Below are positions 32,784 through 44,399 of a stretch of DNA of 64,000 nucleotides, in pieces. The notes below the pieces were generated by a model. That model was not told the DNA's origin and did no database searches. It saw only the letters and a program-made list of their open reading frames with translations. Source of the stretch: the human T2T-CHM13v2.0 reference genome, Homo sapiens. The position numbers and the translations under genes are program-made. The DNA is taken from assembly GCF_009914755.1 (NCBI RefSeq), contig NC_060947.1; one strand, given 5' to 3'. Each line of letters opens with the position of its first letter. Within the stretch, counting starts at the first letter, position 1.

Positions 32784-32895
32784 CCATCACCATCATGACC
32801 ATCTCCATAGTCACTGCTATCATTGCCATGGCTACCATTACCATAACCACAAGAATTGTATACACCACTACCATTACCATCATCATCACTATCCC
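32784..32895. repeat. Degenerate (CAT/CAC)n low-complexity tract
   Basis: catcaccatcatgacc...accattaccatcatcatcac, following an A-run. Confidence 0.8.
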
Positions 32896-33178
32896 TGATA
32901 AGCCTTGGAATTCCCCTAAACCCACCAGCCAGGCCATAGGGCTGGCCTCTAAGTGAGGAAAACTACACACAGGAAAAAGAAAGATGTCAGGAATGGGATA
33001 AGTATACTATATTCCAGTTTCCTAACTCATTAGGTAGAGTTCAGAGCTTAAGCCTCCAGTTCATGATTCTTAGCCCCATATGGGAGGGAAGGGGGTTAAG
33101 GTGGGCGGCTACAGCCCAATTATCTACAAGGCTGTCAGGTTCTACATACTCTTCTGGCACTGGGTTCCAGACAACCAT

Positions 33179-34983
33179 TGTATTAGTTATTTTTTCACGG
33201 TGCTGATAAAGACATACCCAAAACTGGGAACAAACAGACGTTTAATTGGACTTACAGTTCCACATGGCTGGGGTGGCCTCAGAATCATGGCAGGAGGCGA
33301 AAGGCACTTCTTAAATGGCAGCGGCAAGAGAAAACTGAGGAAGAAGCAAAAGTGGAAACCCCCAATAAACCCATCAGATCTTGTGAAACTTATTCACTAT
33401 CACAAGAATACCAAAGGAAAAACCAGCCCCCATGATTCAATTACCTCCTCTGGGGTCCCTCCCACAATACATGAGAATTCTGAGAGATAAAATTCGAGTT
33501 GAGATGTGGGTGGAGACACAGTAAAACAATATCATTCTGCCCCTGGCCCCTCCAAATCTCATGTCCTCACATTTCAAAATCAGTCATGCCTTCCCAACAG
33601 TCCCCCGAAGTCTTAACTCATTTCAGCATTAACCCAAAAGTCCACAGTCCAAAGTCTCATCTGAGACAAGGCAAGTCCCTTATGCCTATGAGCCTGTAAA
33701 ATCAAAAGCAAGCTAGTTTTGCCTGGGCATTGAGGTGTTTCCATACATCTTCTGAAATCTAAGCAGAGGTTCCCAAATCTCAATTCTTGACTTCTGTACA
33801 CCCACAGACTCAACAACATGTGGAAGCTGCCAAGGCTTGGGGCTTCACCCTCTGAAGCCACAGCCCGAGCTCTACATTGGCCCCTTTCAGCCATGGCTGG
33901 AGAGGCTGTGACACAAAGTACCAAGTCCTTAGGCTGCATACAGCACAGGGACCCTGGGCTTGGCCCAGAAAACCACTTTTTCCTCCTGGGCCTTTGGGTC
34001 TGTGATGGTCTCTGACATGGCCTGGAGGTCTCTGACATAGAGGCATTTTCCCTGTGGTCTTGGGGATTAACATTAGGCTCCTTGCTACTTATGCAAATTT
34101 CTGCAGCCAGCTTGAATTTCTCCCCAGAAAATGTTTTTTTTCTTTTCTATCACATTGTCAGGCTGCAATTTTTCTGAACTTTTATGCTCTGCTTCCCTTA
34201 TAAAACTGAATGCCTTTAGTAGTACCCAAGTCACCTCTTGAATACTTTCCTGCTTAGAAATTTCTTCCACCAAATACCCTAAATCATCTCTCTCAAGGTT
34301 AAAGTTCCACAAATCTCTAGAGCAGGGGCAAAATGCCACCAGTCTCTTTGCTAAAATGTAACAGGAGTCACCTTTGCTCCAGTTCCCAACAAGTTCCTCA
34401 TCTGCATCTGAGACCACCTCAGCCTGGACCTTAATGTCCATATTGCTATCAGTATTTTGGGCAAAGCCACTCAACAAGTCTCTAAAAAGTTCCAAACTTT
34501 CCCAAACATTTCTGTCTTCTTCTGAGCCCTCCAAACTCTTCCAACCTCTGCCTGTTACCCACTTCCAAAGTTGCTTCCACATTTTCCGATATGTTTTCAG
34601 CAACACCTCACTCTTCTGGTACCAGTTTACTGTATTAGTTCATTTTCATGTTGTTGATAAAGACATACCTGAAACTGGAACAAAAAGAGGTTTAATTGGA
34701 CTTAAAGTTCCACATGGCTGGGGTGGCCTCAGAATCATGGTGGGAGGCAAAAGACACTTCTTACATGGTGGCAGCAAGAGAAAAATGTGGAAGAAGCAAA
34801 AGCAGAAACCCCTGATAAACCCATCAGATCTCGTGAGACTTATTCACTATCACTAGAACAGCAGGGAAAGACCAGCCCCCATGATTCAATTGCCTCCTCC
34901 TGGGCCCCTCTCTCAACACGTGGGAATTCTGGGAGATACAATTCAAGTTAAGATTTGGGTGGGGACACAGCCAAACCATATCA
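33179..34983 (-). mobile_element. THE1A-like MaLR provirus (LTR-internal-LTR)
   Basis: LTRs at 33179-33534 and 34631-34983 (tgtattag...atatca); perfect 5-bp TSD ACCAT (33174-33178 / 34984-34988); internal region 1096 bp. Confidence 0.95.
34085..34606 (-). pseudogene. MaLR internal ORF remnant, 173 codons open
   Basis: WKSLEGSEEDRNVWESLEL, EELVGNWSKGDSCYILAKRLVAFCPC and GYLVEEISKQ are typical THE1/MST internal ORF motifs. Confidence 0.8.
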
Positions 34984-35377
34984 ACCATAAACTATTACTA
35001 GCCCCAAATCATCCTTCTTGTTAATGAGAAGGAAACTTCTACTATTTTTTTTTGGATGGGTCCTTACTGGTTCCAGTAATGCTGGTCAGTACAGAGAGTG
35101 ATCACAGACAGTTTGGGTAAGGCTGGGGAAGACAAGAGATAACCCAATCTAAGATAATTAATCTGTCAACAAGGAGATTTCAAAACACATGAATTCCACA
35201 ATTTGTCCCCAACAGGTGTCACAGTACTTTGGGGTTGAGGGAAGCTGCTAGGTTAAACTCATTGAAATATGTACAATAAACTGCTACGTTCCACAAAAAA
35301 GAGGCCAGAAGTTCTGTGTCCACCTAAAGTAGAACACATTGGAAAAAATCCTAGGCCAATCAAGAGCGATCCAAAAC

Positions 35378-35850
35378 TGTCATCCTAAATAACAAACAGA
35401 GAGATGTTCTCCAAAATAAAATAATACTTTTAGGGGAATATAGTGCAGTGAGAATTTGCATTCCACAATAAAACCATATGAGTTTTCAGGGAGGTAAAGG
35501 AAGCAAGTGGGTTTATTTTTTTAAAAATGGAGATTATATGATTGCTTTGAGATAACTATCCTTGGTTACAAGGATCAATAACAAGAGTGGCACTAGCCTG
35601 AGGTTAAACAGGCAGATGCTGGGCAGATATCATTTCAGAAGTATTTTCTTTTTAAATTTGTGCTGGTCTTTGTGCAGTGTTTTGGCTTTTGCAGAGTCTT
35701 TTGTAATAGTTTTTGTTAGCAGGTATTTGGGCATGATAGCCATCCCTTTATGGTCTTCCTTGGCTCTATATGATGGGCTTAGTTTGTTAGTTTGTTTTTG
35801 TATTTTTTTAAAAAAACATAAATGACTCTATTATGATTCTGACAACTTAT
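35378..35850 (-). mobile_element. ERV1-class solo LTR (MER31/MER67-like)
   Basis: Begins tgtcatcctaaataacaaacagagag and ends near actctattatgattctgacaactt; family assigned from memory. Confidence 0.55.
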
Positions 35851-36591
35851 GAAACCAAGTTATGCCACAAATCATGATTTTGGGTATGCCATATAGATTG
35901 GTTAAACCGAATGTTAGAAGTCAGGATTGTGTCAGAAGTTCAGCTCAAGGATGATACAAAAACAATTCAACCCCATAGAAGGCTGACAGAAACATAGCCA
36001 GATAGCAACCAGATATGTTGTTGGAAGTCATGGTGGAATTTCTCTCCAGGTTCCAGTACCCTAGAGAAAAACAAGAAAGCCCATGAGATAATTGAAGAGC
36101 ATTGTGGAGTTTAGGGTAAGTGGTGAAGATCCCGGCATTCCATAGCCCTTCTGCCTTTAAGCACAGGCCAGTCATGTCTGTTCCACTGCCAAGTTTACTG
36201 TATTCAGGAGAGTGGCACAGCCTGCAGATACCTGTGGGTATATCTAGAAGAGCAGAGATAGGAGTTGGAGCATGGTAAGGGACAAAAATAAAATTCTGCT
36301 CAAGTGAGGAAGAGGGCTATCATAATAACACATGCACATATAAAGGTGTTTCTGTGCACCGAGTAGATTAAAATAACATTAGAATTTGTCAATGTATACA
36401 TTTACAGTTGGAGCCTAGAAGCTATATACATTTGGTCACTAGAATTGTGACAATGAGTTCTGGTATAGTATATATGAAATATGCAACAGAACCCTTTGCT
36501 TTTAGTTTAAGCTAGTCAAGAAGACTTCCAGAATTCTCAAGGGCCAAAAAAAAAAAAAAAAAAAAGAACCTTATGTAGCATCTATTGTGTG

Positions 36592-37720
36592 TATCATTCA
36601 TTTAACATTTATTGAACACCTACATCTGTTAGTAATGTTTCTAGGTTATGAGGACACAGACATGAATTAGACATGGTTTCTGATTTTAAGATGTTCAAAG
36701 GCATGTAAGAGTATGTAAGTTCAAACTTCTCTGTGTGTGTTAAGTGGAGGCCTAATTGCAAGTAGTTACAATATAACATTAGAAGCACTATTGTGTGGGT
36801 CTATATACATTCCTTTTCATAAAATGAATTTGAAGGAACAACTCCATGTGTGGGTAATCATATGAAACAACACAGAGAAGATTGTATTTTACCCAAATCT
36901 TAACATATGAGTTGGAATTTTCCAGTTGGAGAAAAGGTGAAGGGAACTAGAGGCAGAGGACAAGGCATTAGCAAATAGAAGCCTAAAATTGTCCGGTATG
37001 TTTGAGAAATAGCAAGAATTTAGGCATGACAATAGCATACATTTCACAGGAGTTGGGGATTAGGATGGGAAATGTGAGTTGAAGAGTAGGTTCATGATAA
37101 ATGTTATATGTAATTTTAAGGAGTTTTGATTTTTGTCCTAAAGCCAGTGGGAAGTGATTTAAAATTTTTAAGAGAGTAACAGGAAAAAAAAAATCTCTGT
37201 ATTTTAGAAAAATATTTGGAGCCAGTATGACATAGTGGTTAAAAACATGGACACTGGAGTCAGATTTGTTTTGAGTCATAAATCTGCCAATTATTAGTCA
37301 TGTCATTTTTAGCAAACAACCTCTCTGAGCTTGTTTCTTAATCTGAAAAATGGCATAACAATAGTACCCAAATCCTGAGATTTTGGGAGGACTAAATAAG
37401 ATAATGCATATAGTATTCTTAACACAGTGTCCAGTATATAGTAAGAACTGAATAAATGGTGGTTATTATGATGATTCTGAATTTAATGTGGAATGTGGGG
37501 TGGATCTAGGGTACTAACGTTCAGATGAGAAACAACGCAGGCTTGATATTAAAAAGTGGTAGTGTTAAAAGGATTTGGTTACTTACTGAATGTGGAGTAT
37601 AAGGGAGAAAAGGAGCTTACCTTTACTCCTAGCTTTGTTTATAGTTGAGGTAACTGGGTGGTTGGTGTTGCCATTTAATATTATGGAGAATCCAGGAGAG
37701 GCAGGTTATGGATAAAGGCA
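36592..37720 (-). mobile_element. L2 fragments interrupted by a MIR
   Basis: L2 tail cattcatttaacatttattgaacacctac; ttttgatttttgtcctaagccagtgggaag; ggatttggttacttactgaatgtggag. Confidence 0.7.
37222..37468 (+). mobile_element. MIR SINE
   Basis: cagtatgacatagtggttaaaaacatggacactggagtcag ... ctctctgagcttgtttcttaatctgaaaaatgg ... aataaatggtggttattat. Confidence 0.8.
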
Positions 37721-38099
37721 GGAGTGACATGATGATCCTGGTTTGTGATTATGTGTTTCCCAGAGCCTAATGCGTTGCCAAAATTGTGGTTCTGAGGATT
37801 CAAAACTGGGGGAAACACCTGAATTGTAGAGGTTTCATCATCTTGACCTATTTTGTAATTAGATCCCAATATATATACACTGTCTCTTTAAATGTTACAT
37901 TTTAAATGGTGCAGTGTATTTTATCAGTACTACATGAAGTTTTCTGAAAGCAAATCCATTGTTCGAAAGCTAAAATTGTTAGCCTTGAAGATTCTGTCCT
38001 ACTGGGTACAATTTGTGAGCATGTATATGAGGTTAAAATAATAGCAAGAAGCTACATGGTGGCATTTTCATACTATTTCAATCCTAAATTTCCTTGTGA

Positions 38100-38335
38100 G
38101 CAGTTATGACATGGTTAAAAGTGTAGCCCCGAAATGAGTTTACCTGCGTTCAAATCCTGGCTCTATCATTTGTTAATAAATGCTTCCAGGAGATTATTTA
38201 AATTTTGGCACTCAGTTTCCCTATCTGTAAATTGGAAGACAATAATGATAGTACTGCACAGTTTGTGGGTTTCACTTAGAAACCAGGGCTTGGCACATAG
38301 AAAGTGCTATATAAATATTAGTCATTGTTATCAAT
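38100..38335 (+). mobile_element. MIR SINE
   Basis: gttcaaatcctggctctatcattt ... ctcagtttccctatctgtaaattgg ... ttggcacatagaaagtgctatataaat. Confidence 0.75.
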
Positions 38336-38699
38336 ATCACAGAGCATGGTTTGGTGGAAAAAGTTTCTCTTGATTTCACCGTGAATCAGGAAATTAATTT
38401 GGGTTTGAAATTATTGAGTCCTCTAAAGGTTAACCTGATCACTGCTCCTCCGTGACCCAGGCTAGTTTAGGTAGGTAAACCTCACTCATCTCTCCCTCCA
38501 TCAGAAGACTCACCTATCATACTGCTGTGTCATTTTCTATTTACTTGTCCCAGAGTCTGTAAAAACCATGATGGTAAGGTCTTTGTCTTGTTTATTGTTT
38601 AAGCCTACCTGGCAAATAACAGATCCTCAATAAATTATATATTGACTAGATGTATGTACATTCAGTTAACTTCTTTGCTTCATGGTTGCATTGAAACTA

Positions 38700-41312
38700 A
38701 CATGAAAACAGAACAAAAAACAAAAACCACATGATTATCTCAATAGATGCAGAAAAGGTGTTCTGTAAAATTCAACACTTCTTCATGTTAAAAACTCTCA
38801 ATAAATTACGTGTTGAAGAAATACACCTCAAAATAATTAGAGCCGTCTATGACAAGGCCACAGCCAGCATCACACTGAATGGGCAAAAGCTGGGAAGCAT
38901 TCTCCTTGAAAACAAGCACAAGACAAGAATTCCCTCTCACCATTCCTACTCAATGTAGTAATAAAAGTCCTGGCCAGCGCAATTACGCAAGACAAAAACA
39001 TAAAGAGCATCTAAATAGGAAGAGAGGAAGTCAAACTATCCCTGTTTGCAAATGACATGATCCTATATGTAGAAAATCCCATAGTCCCGGCCCAAAAGCT
39101 CCTTAAGCTGATAAACAACTTCAGCAGAGTCTCAGGATACAAAATCAATATGCAGAAATCACTAGCATTCCTATACACCAACAACAGTCAATCTGCACTC
39201 TGAAAGCCAAATCAGGAACACAATCCCATTCACAATTGACACAAATAAACAATACCTAGAAATACAGCTAACCAGAAAGGGAAAAGATCTCTACAAGTAG
39301 AACCACAAAACACTGCTCAAAGAAAACAGGGATGAAATAAATTCAAAAACATCTCATGCTCATGTATAGGAAGAATCAATATCATTAAAAGGGCAATACT
39401 GCCCAAAGCAATTTATAGATTCAGTGTTATTTCTATTAAACTACCAACGACATTCTTCACAGAACTAAAAAAAAAAAAAAAAAAAAAAGACTATTTAAAA
39501 ATTCTTATGGAACCAAACAAGAGACCGAATAACCAAGGCAATCTTAAGCAAAAAGAACAAAGCTGGAGGCATCATGCTACCTGACTTCAAATGATACTAC
39601 AGGGCTACAGTAACCAAATCATCATGGTACTGGTAGAAAAACAGACACATAGAGCAATGAAACAGAACAGAGAACCCAGAAATAGACCATAAGCCATATA
39701 CCTACAACTAACTGTCTGCTCTTTGACAAACCTGACCAAAAAAAGCAATGGGGAAAGGACTTCCTATTCAATAAGTGGTGCTGAAGTAACTGGCTAGCCA
39801 GATGCAGAAGATTAAAAATGTACCCCTTTCTTACACCATATACAAAAACTAACTCTAGATGGATTAAAGACTTAAATGTAAAATCCAAAACAATAAAATC
39901 ACTGGACCAGACAACCTAGACAATACCATCCTGGACATAGCAACGGGCAAAGATTTCATTATGAAGATGTCAAAAGCAATTGCAACAAAAGTAAAAATTG
40001 ACTAATGGGATTTAATTGAAATAAAGAGCTTCTGCAAAGTAAAAGAAACTATCAACAAAGTGAACAGAATGAAAGAAAATATTTGTAAACTATGCATCTG
40101 ACAAAGATCTAATATCCAGCATCTATAAGAAACATAAACGGCTGGACGTGGTGGTTCACGCCTGTAATCCCAGCACTTTGGGAAGCCGAGGTGGGTGGAT
40201 CACAAGGTCAGGAGTTCGAGGCCGGCCTGGCCAATATGGTGAAACCCCGTCTCTACTAAAAATACAAAAATTAGCTGGGTGTGGTAGCGTGCGCCTGTAG
40301 TCCCAGCTACTCGGGAGGCTGAGGCAGAGAATCGGTTGAACCCGGGAGGTGGGGGTTGCAGTGAGCTGAGCCGAGATTGCACCACTGCACTCCAGCCTGG
40401 GTGACAGAATGAGACTCCGGAAAAAAAAAAAAAAAGCATAAACAAATTTACAAGAAAAAACACACAACCCCATTAAAAAGTGGGCAAAAAACATGAATAG
40501 GCAGCTTTCAAAAAAAGACTTACATGTGGCCAACAAGCATATGAAAAAAAAGATTAACATCACTGAGCATTAGAGAAATGCTAATTAAAACCACAATGAG
40601 ATATCATCTCACACCAGTCAAAATGGCTATTAATAAAAGGCAAAAAGTAACAAATGCTGGTGAGGTTGTGGAGAAAAATAAACACTTATACATCATTGGT
40701 GTGCAGGTAAATTAGTTGAACCATGGTAGAGGACAGTGCGGCAATTCCTCAAAGACCTAAAAACAGAAATACCATTTGACCCAGCAATCCCATTACTGGT
40801 TATGTACTCAAAGAAATATAAATCATTCTACTGTAAGGACACACACACATGCATGTTCATTACAGCACTATTCACAATAGCAAAGACATGGAATCAACAT
40901 AAATGTCCATCAATGGTAGACTGGATTAAAAAAAATGGTACATATACACCATGGAATACTATTTAGCCATAAAAAAAAAGAATGGGATTGTGTCCATGTG
41001 GATGGATGGAGGCTATTATCCTTAGCAAACTAACACAGAAGCGGAAAACCAAATACTACATGTACTAACTTATAAATGAGAACTAAATGATGAGAACACA
41101 TGGACACAGAGGACAACACACACTAGTGCCTATTGAAGGGTGGAGGGTGGGAGAAGGGAGAGAATCAGGAAAAATAGCTAATGGGTATTAGGCTTAATAC
41201 CTGGGTGATGAAATAATATGTACAACAAACCCCCATGACACAAGTTTACCTATGTAACAAACCTGCACATGTACTCCTGAAATTAACATAAAAGTTATAA
41301 AAAATAAATAAA
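38700..41312 (+). mobile_element. 5'-truncated L1 (L1PA13-15-like) with an Alu insertion
   Basis: MIISIDAEK remnant at 38731; 3'UTR ttaatacctgggtgatgaaataatatgtacaacaaacccccatgac; A tail. Confidence 0.92.
40140..40435 (+). mobile_element. AluS (AluSg-like)
   Basis: Full dimer ggctggacgtggtgg to poly(A); approximate TSD aagaaacataaac / aaaaagcataaac. Confidence 0.96.
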
Positions 41313-41355
41313 GATAGAGGAGGAAAAATAAAGTAACATGAAATTATTAACCTCT

Positions 41356-42517
41356 TATTGATAAAAAGAGTCAAATTCTGCAAAATATTCGAAAAGACTT
41401 ATTCCAAGCCAAATATTAGTGACCATGGCCCCTGACACAGCCCTCAGGAAGTCCTGAGAACATGTGCCCAAGGTGGTCGGGGTGCAGCTTGGTTTTATAC
41501 ATTTTAGGGAGACATGAGACTTTAATCAAATACATTTAAGAAATACATTGGTTTGGTCCATAAAGGGGGGGACAACTTGAAGTGGGGGCTTCCAGCTTAT
41601 AGGTGGATTGAAAAATTTTCTGGTTGACAATTGATTGAGTTTATCTAAAGACCTAAGATCAACAGAAAAGAATGTCTGGGTTAAGATAATGTTATACCCG
41701 AGCGAGTTAGAAAAACGCCACACTTTGAGACGAATTAAGAGTCCTTTATTAGCCGGCGACCGAGAGATGGCTAACGCTCAAAATTCTCTTGGCCCCGAAG
41801 AAGGGGCTAGATTTCCTTTTATACTTTGGTTTAGAAAGGGGAGGGGGGTCTAGTTAAAACAATTTTACAGAAATAAAGTAGGCAAAAAGTTAAAAGGATA
41901 AATGGTTACAGGAAAGTAAACAGTTCCAGGTGCACGGGCTTTAAGACTATTACAAGGTGATAGACTCGGGGCTTTGGGCGTTATCAATCAGACGAATTCC
42001 TGGGAATTGCGGATATAGCTTGCCACAGTATCTTATCAGTTAATTGCATTCTTGGATGTGCTTGGAGTCAGCTTGCACAAGTTAAGTCCTTGAGGAAGGG
42101 GCTGCCAGTGAAAGAGCCAAGATGGAGTCTGTCTGGCTCTCTTAGCTAAGGGAGAGTCAAAGCAGGTGGAAACAAGGCTAGGTGATTAAAGGAAAAGGGG
42201 GAGTCTAAAAACAGGGTTAGTAAAAACAAGGTTGGGCATTACAATAAGAGGTTATGGAGACCAAAGTTCTTATTTGCAGAGGAAGCCTTCAGATAGTAGG
42301 CTTCAGAGAGAATAGGTTGTAAATGTTTCTTATGGAACTTAAGGTTTGTGTTGATGTTAATGCCAGAGAGGTATAATGAGGCATGTTTGACCCCCCACTT
42401 TCCCTAATGGCCTGAAACTGTCTTTCAGGTTAAACTGTAAAAGAGCCCTGGCTGAGGAGGAAGTCCATTCAGATGGTTGGGGTGGGGGAGGCCTTAGAAT
42501 TTCATTTTTGGTTTACA
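41356..42517 (-). mobile_element. MER4-family solo LTR (MER4B/D-like), split by LTR6
   Basis: gacacagccctcaggaagtcctgagaacatgtgcccaaggtggtc motif; ends tttggtttaca; TSD CTCT (41352-41355 / 42518-42521). Confidence 0.85.
41690..42243 (-). mobile_element. LTR6 (HERVS71) solo LTR
   Basis: 554 bp; reverse complement begins TGTAATGCCCAACCTTGTTTTTACTAACCC; TSD ATAA (41686-41689 / 42244-42247); CpGs well preserved. Confidence 0.88.
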
Positions 42518-42746
42518 CTCTTCAGGCATGGGACTAAGTTATATGATCTCTCCCCTACCATTGTGATTAGGCAATTTTTTAAGCACTAGCCCTGGCTAGT
42601 GGATACCCAGAGGTAAATTGGGAAATCACATGACACTGATGCTATTGAAAAATAAGAATACTCAGTGCATTGGCTGTGAGCCAAACCACAGTAATGTCTG
42701 TTTTCTAAGAATGAAGCAGGCAGAAACTTAAATAACTAACCTAGGA

Positions 42747-42933
42747 AAGTGATTCTCAAAGTGAAGTCTTCAGGCCATCATCATCAGCATCATGTGGGAA
42801 CTTCTCAGAAACGCAAATTCTTAAGGCCCATTTCATATGTGCTTAATCATAAACTCTGGGAATGAGATCCAAAAACTTGTGTTTTAATAAACTTTCCGGG
42901 TGACTGATGCATGCTCAAGTTTGAGAACCACTG
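42747..42933. mobile_element. MER5A (hAT-Charlie) DNA transposon
   Basis: TIRs aagtgattctcaaa / tttgagaaccactg; 187 bp. Confidence 0.85.
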
Positions 42934-43238
42934 ACTTAGACCAAAATTGTTTAGGTGTCCTTAAAATATATTCTGCTTGGTACAGTTGTCTAAATTGCTT
43001 ATATTTCAGGCCTGGGTATAATTTTTCTCCAGGCCAGTTTCATTATGACATACTCTAACCTAACCCCTCATGCCATAAATACTCATAAGGAAAGGGGCAC
43101 TAGGTGAGACTATAAATGTAGAGACAGCAAAATTACCCAGGACTTCCAATTTTCTTTCTAATTATTTCCCTTTATTACTAATCTTGTGGGCATCTTATGG
43201 CTGGCTATTATTAGAGACAGGCAGTTTAATAATACAGT

Positions 43239-44155
43239 TGTGAACTCCAAACATCTGAGACAGATCTCAGTCAATTTAGAAAGATTATTATGCTAAAGTT
43301 AAGCATTCACCTGTGACACAGCTTCAGGAAGTACTGAGACATGTGCCCAAGGTGGTCAGGGGGTACAGTTTGCTTTTATACATTTTAGGGAGACATGAGA
43401 CTGTCAGGCCTCTGAGCCCAAGCTAAGCCATCATATCCCCTGTGACCTGCAGGTACACATCCAGATAGCTGGTTCCTGCCTTAACTGATGACATTCCACC
43501 ACAAAAGAAGTGAAAATGGCCTGTTCCTGCCTTAACTGATGACATTACCTTGTGAAATTCCTTCTCCTGGCTCATCCTGGCTCAAAAGTTCCCCCACTGA
43601 GCACCTTGTGACCCTCGCCCCTGCCCACCAGAGAACAACCCCCTTTGACTGTAATTTTCCTTTACCTACCCAAATCCTATAAAACGGCCCCACCCCTGTC
43701 TCCCTTCCCTGACTCTCTTTTCAGACTCAGCCTGCCTACTCCCAGGTGATTAAAAAGCTTCATTGCTCACACAAAGCCTGTTTGGTGGTCTCTTCACACG
43801 GACGCGAGTGAGAGACATCAATCAATATGTGTAAGATGTACAGTGGTTCAGTCTAGTTCCAGTAAGGCAGGACAACGGGAAGTGGGGGCTTCCAGGTTAG
43901 AAGTAGATAAGAGACAAAATGCTGCATTCTTTTGAGTCCTTCCACTTAATACACAATTTAGTCTGGCTCAGTGAGTCTGCATTTTTTACATAAACAATAG
44001 GGGAGAAGAAGAATCAGATATGCATTTGTCTCTGGTGAGCCTCAGAAGGATGACTTTGAATAGAATGGGAGGCAGGTCTTCCTAGGCAGTTGCCTGCTTG
44101 ACTTTTCCTTTTAGCTTAGAGATTTTGGGGTCCCAAGATTTATTTTCCTTCCACA
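43239..44155 (-). mobile_element. MER4A-like solo LTR, split by LTR7B and inserted in a MIR-like fragment
   Basis: tgtgaactccaaacatctgagacag ... tttattttccttccaca; perfect TSD CAGT (43235-43238 / 44156-44159). Confidence 0.88.
43402..43811 (+). mobile_element. HERV-H solo LTR (LTR7B-like)
   Basis: Starts TGTCAGGCCTCTGAGCCCAAGCTAAGCC; duplicated ttcctgccttaactgatgacatt; TATAAAA at 43678; ATTAAA at 43749; TSD GAGAC (43397-43401 / 43812-43816). Confidence 0.93.
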
Positions 44156-44399
44156 CAGTAAAGAATAAAGTCTTCCAAGTTAGAGAGATTTGGGTGTGAA
44201 TTTCTGTTTCCTGGCTTTCAGCTGCTTAATTGTGTGCAAATTCCAGATTTGAGTTATGCATTTTCCTAGCTGCTACACAAAAGCTGCTGTGAATATTAAA
44301 GGAAAATTAAAAACAAAGAGACATATGGTCACTGGTTTCTACATATGAAATGTGGCATATTCTAACCTCCTGAGGGCCACCAAGAAAATGAACACAAAG

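Noticed and set aside
32665-32970. His-rich metal-binding peptide and its Met/Val-rich antisense ORF
   Set aside because: Degenerate CAY low-complexity tract; the plus-strand ORF starts at TTG and crosses a poly(A) run.
40156-40563. 135-aa ORF
   Set aside because: Antisense Alu translation ([30 protein letters not shown]).
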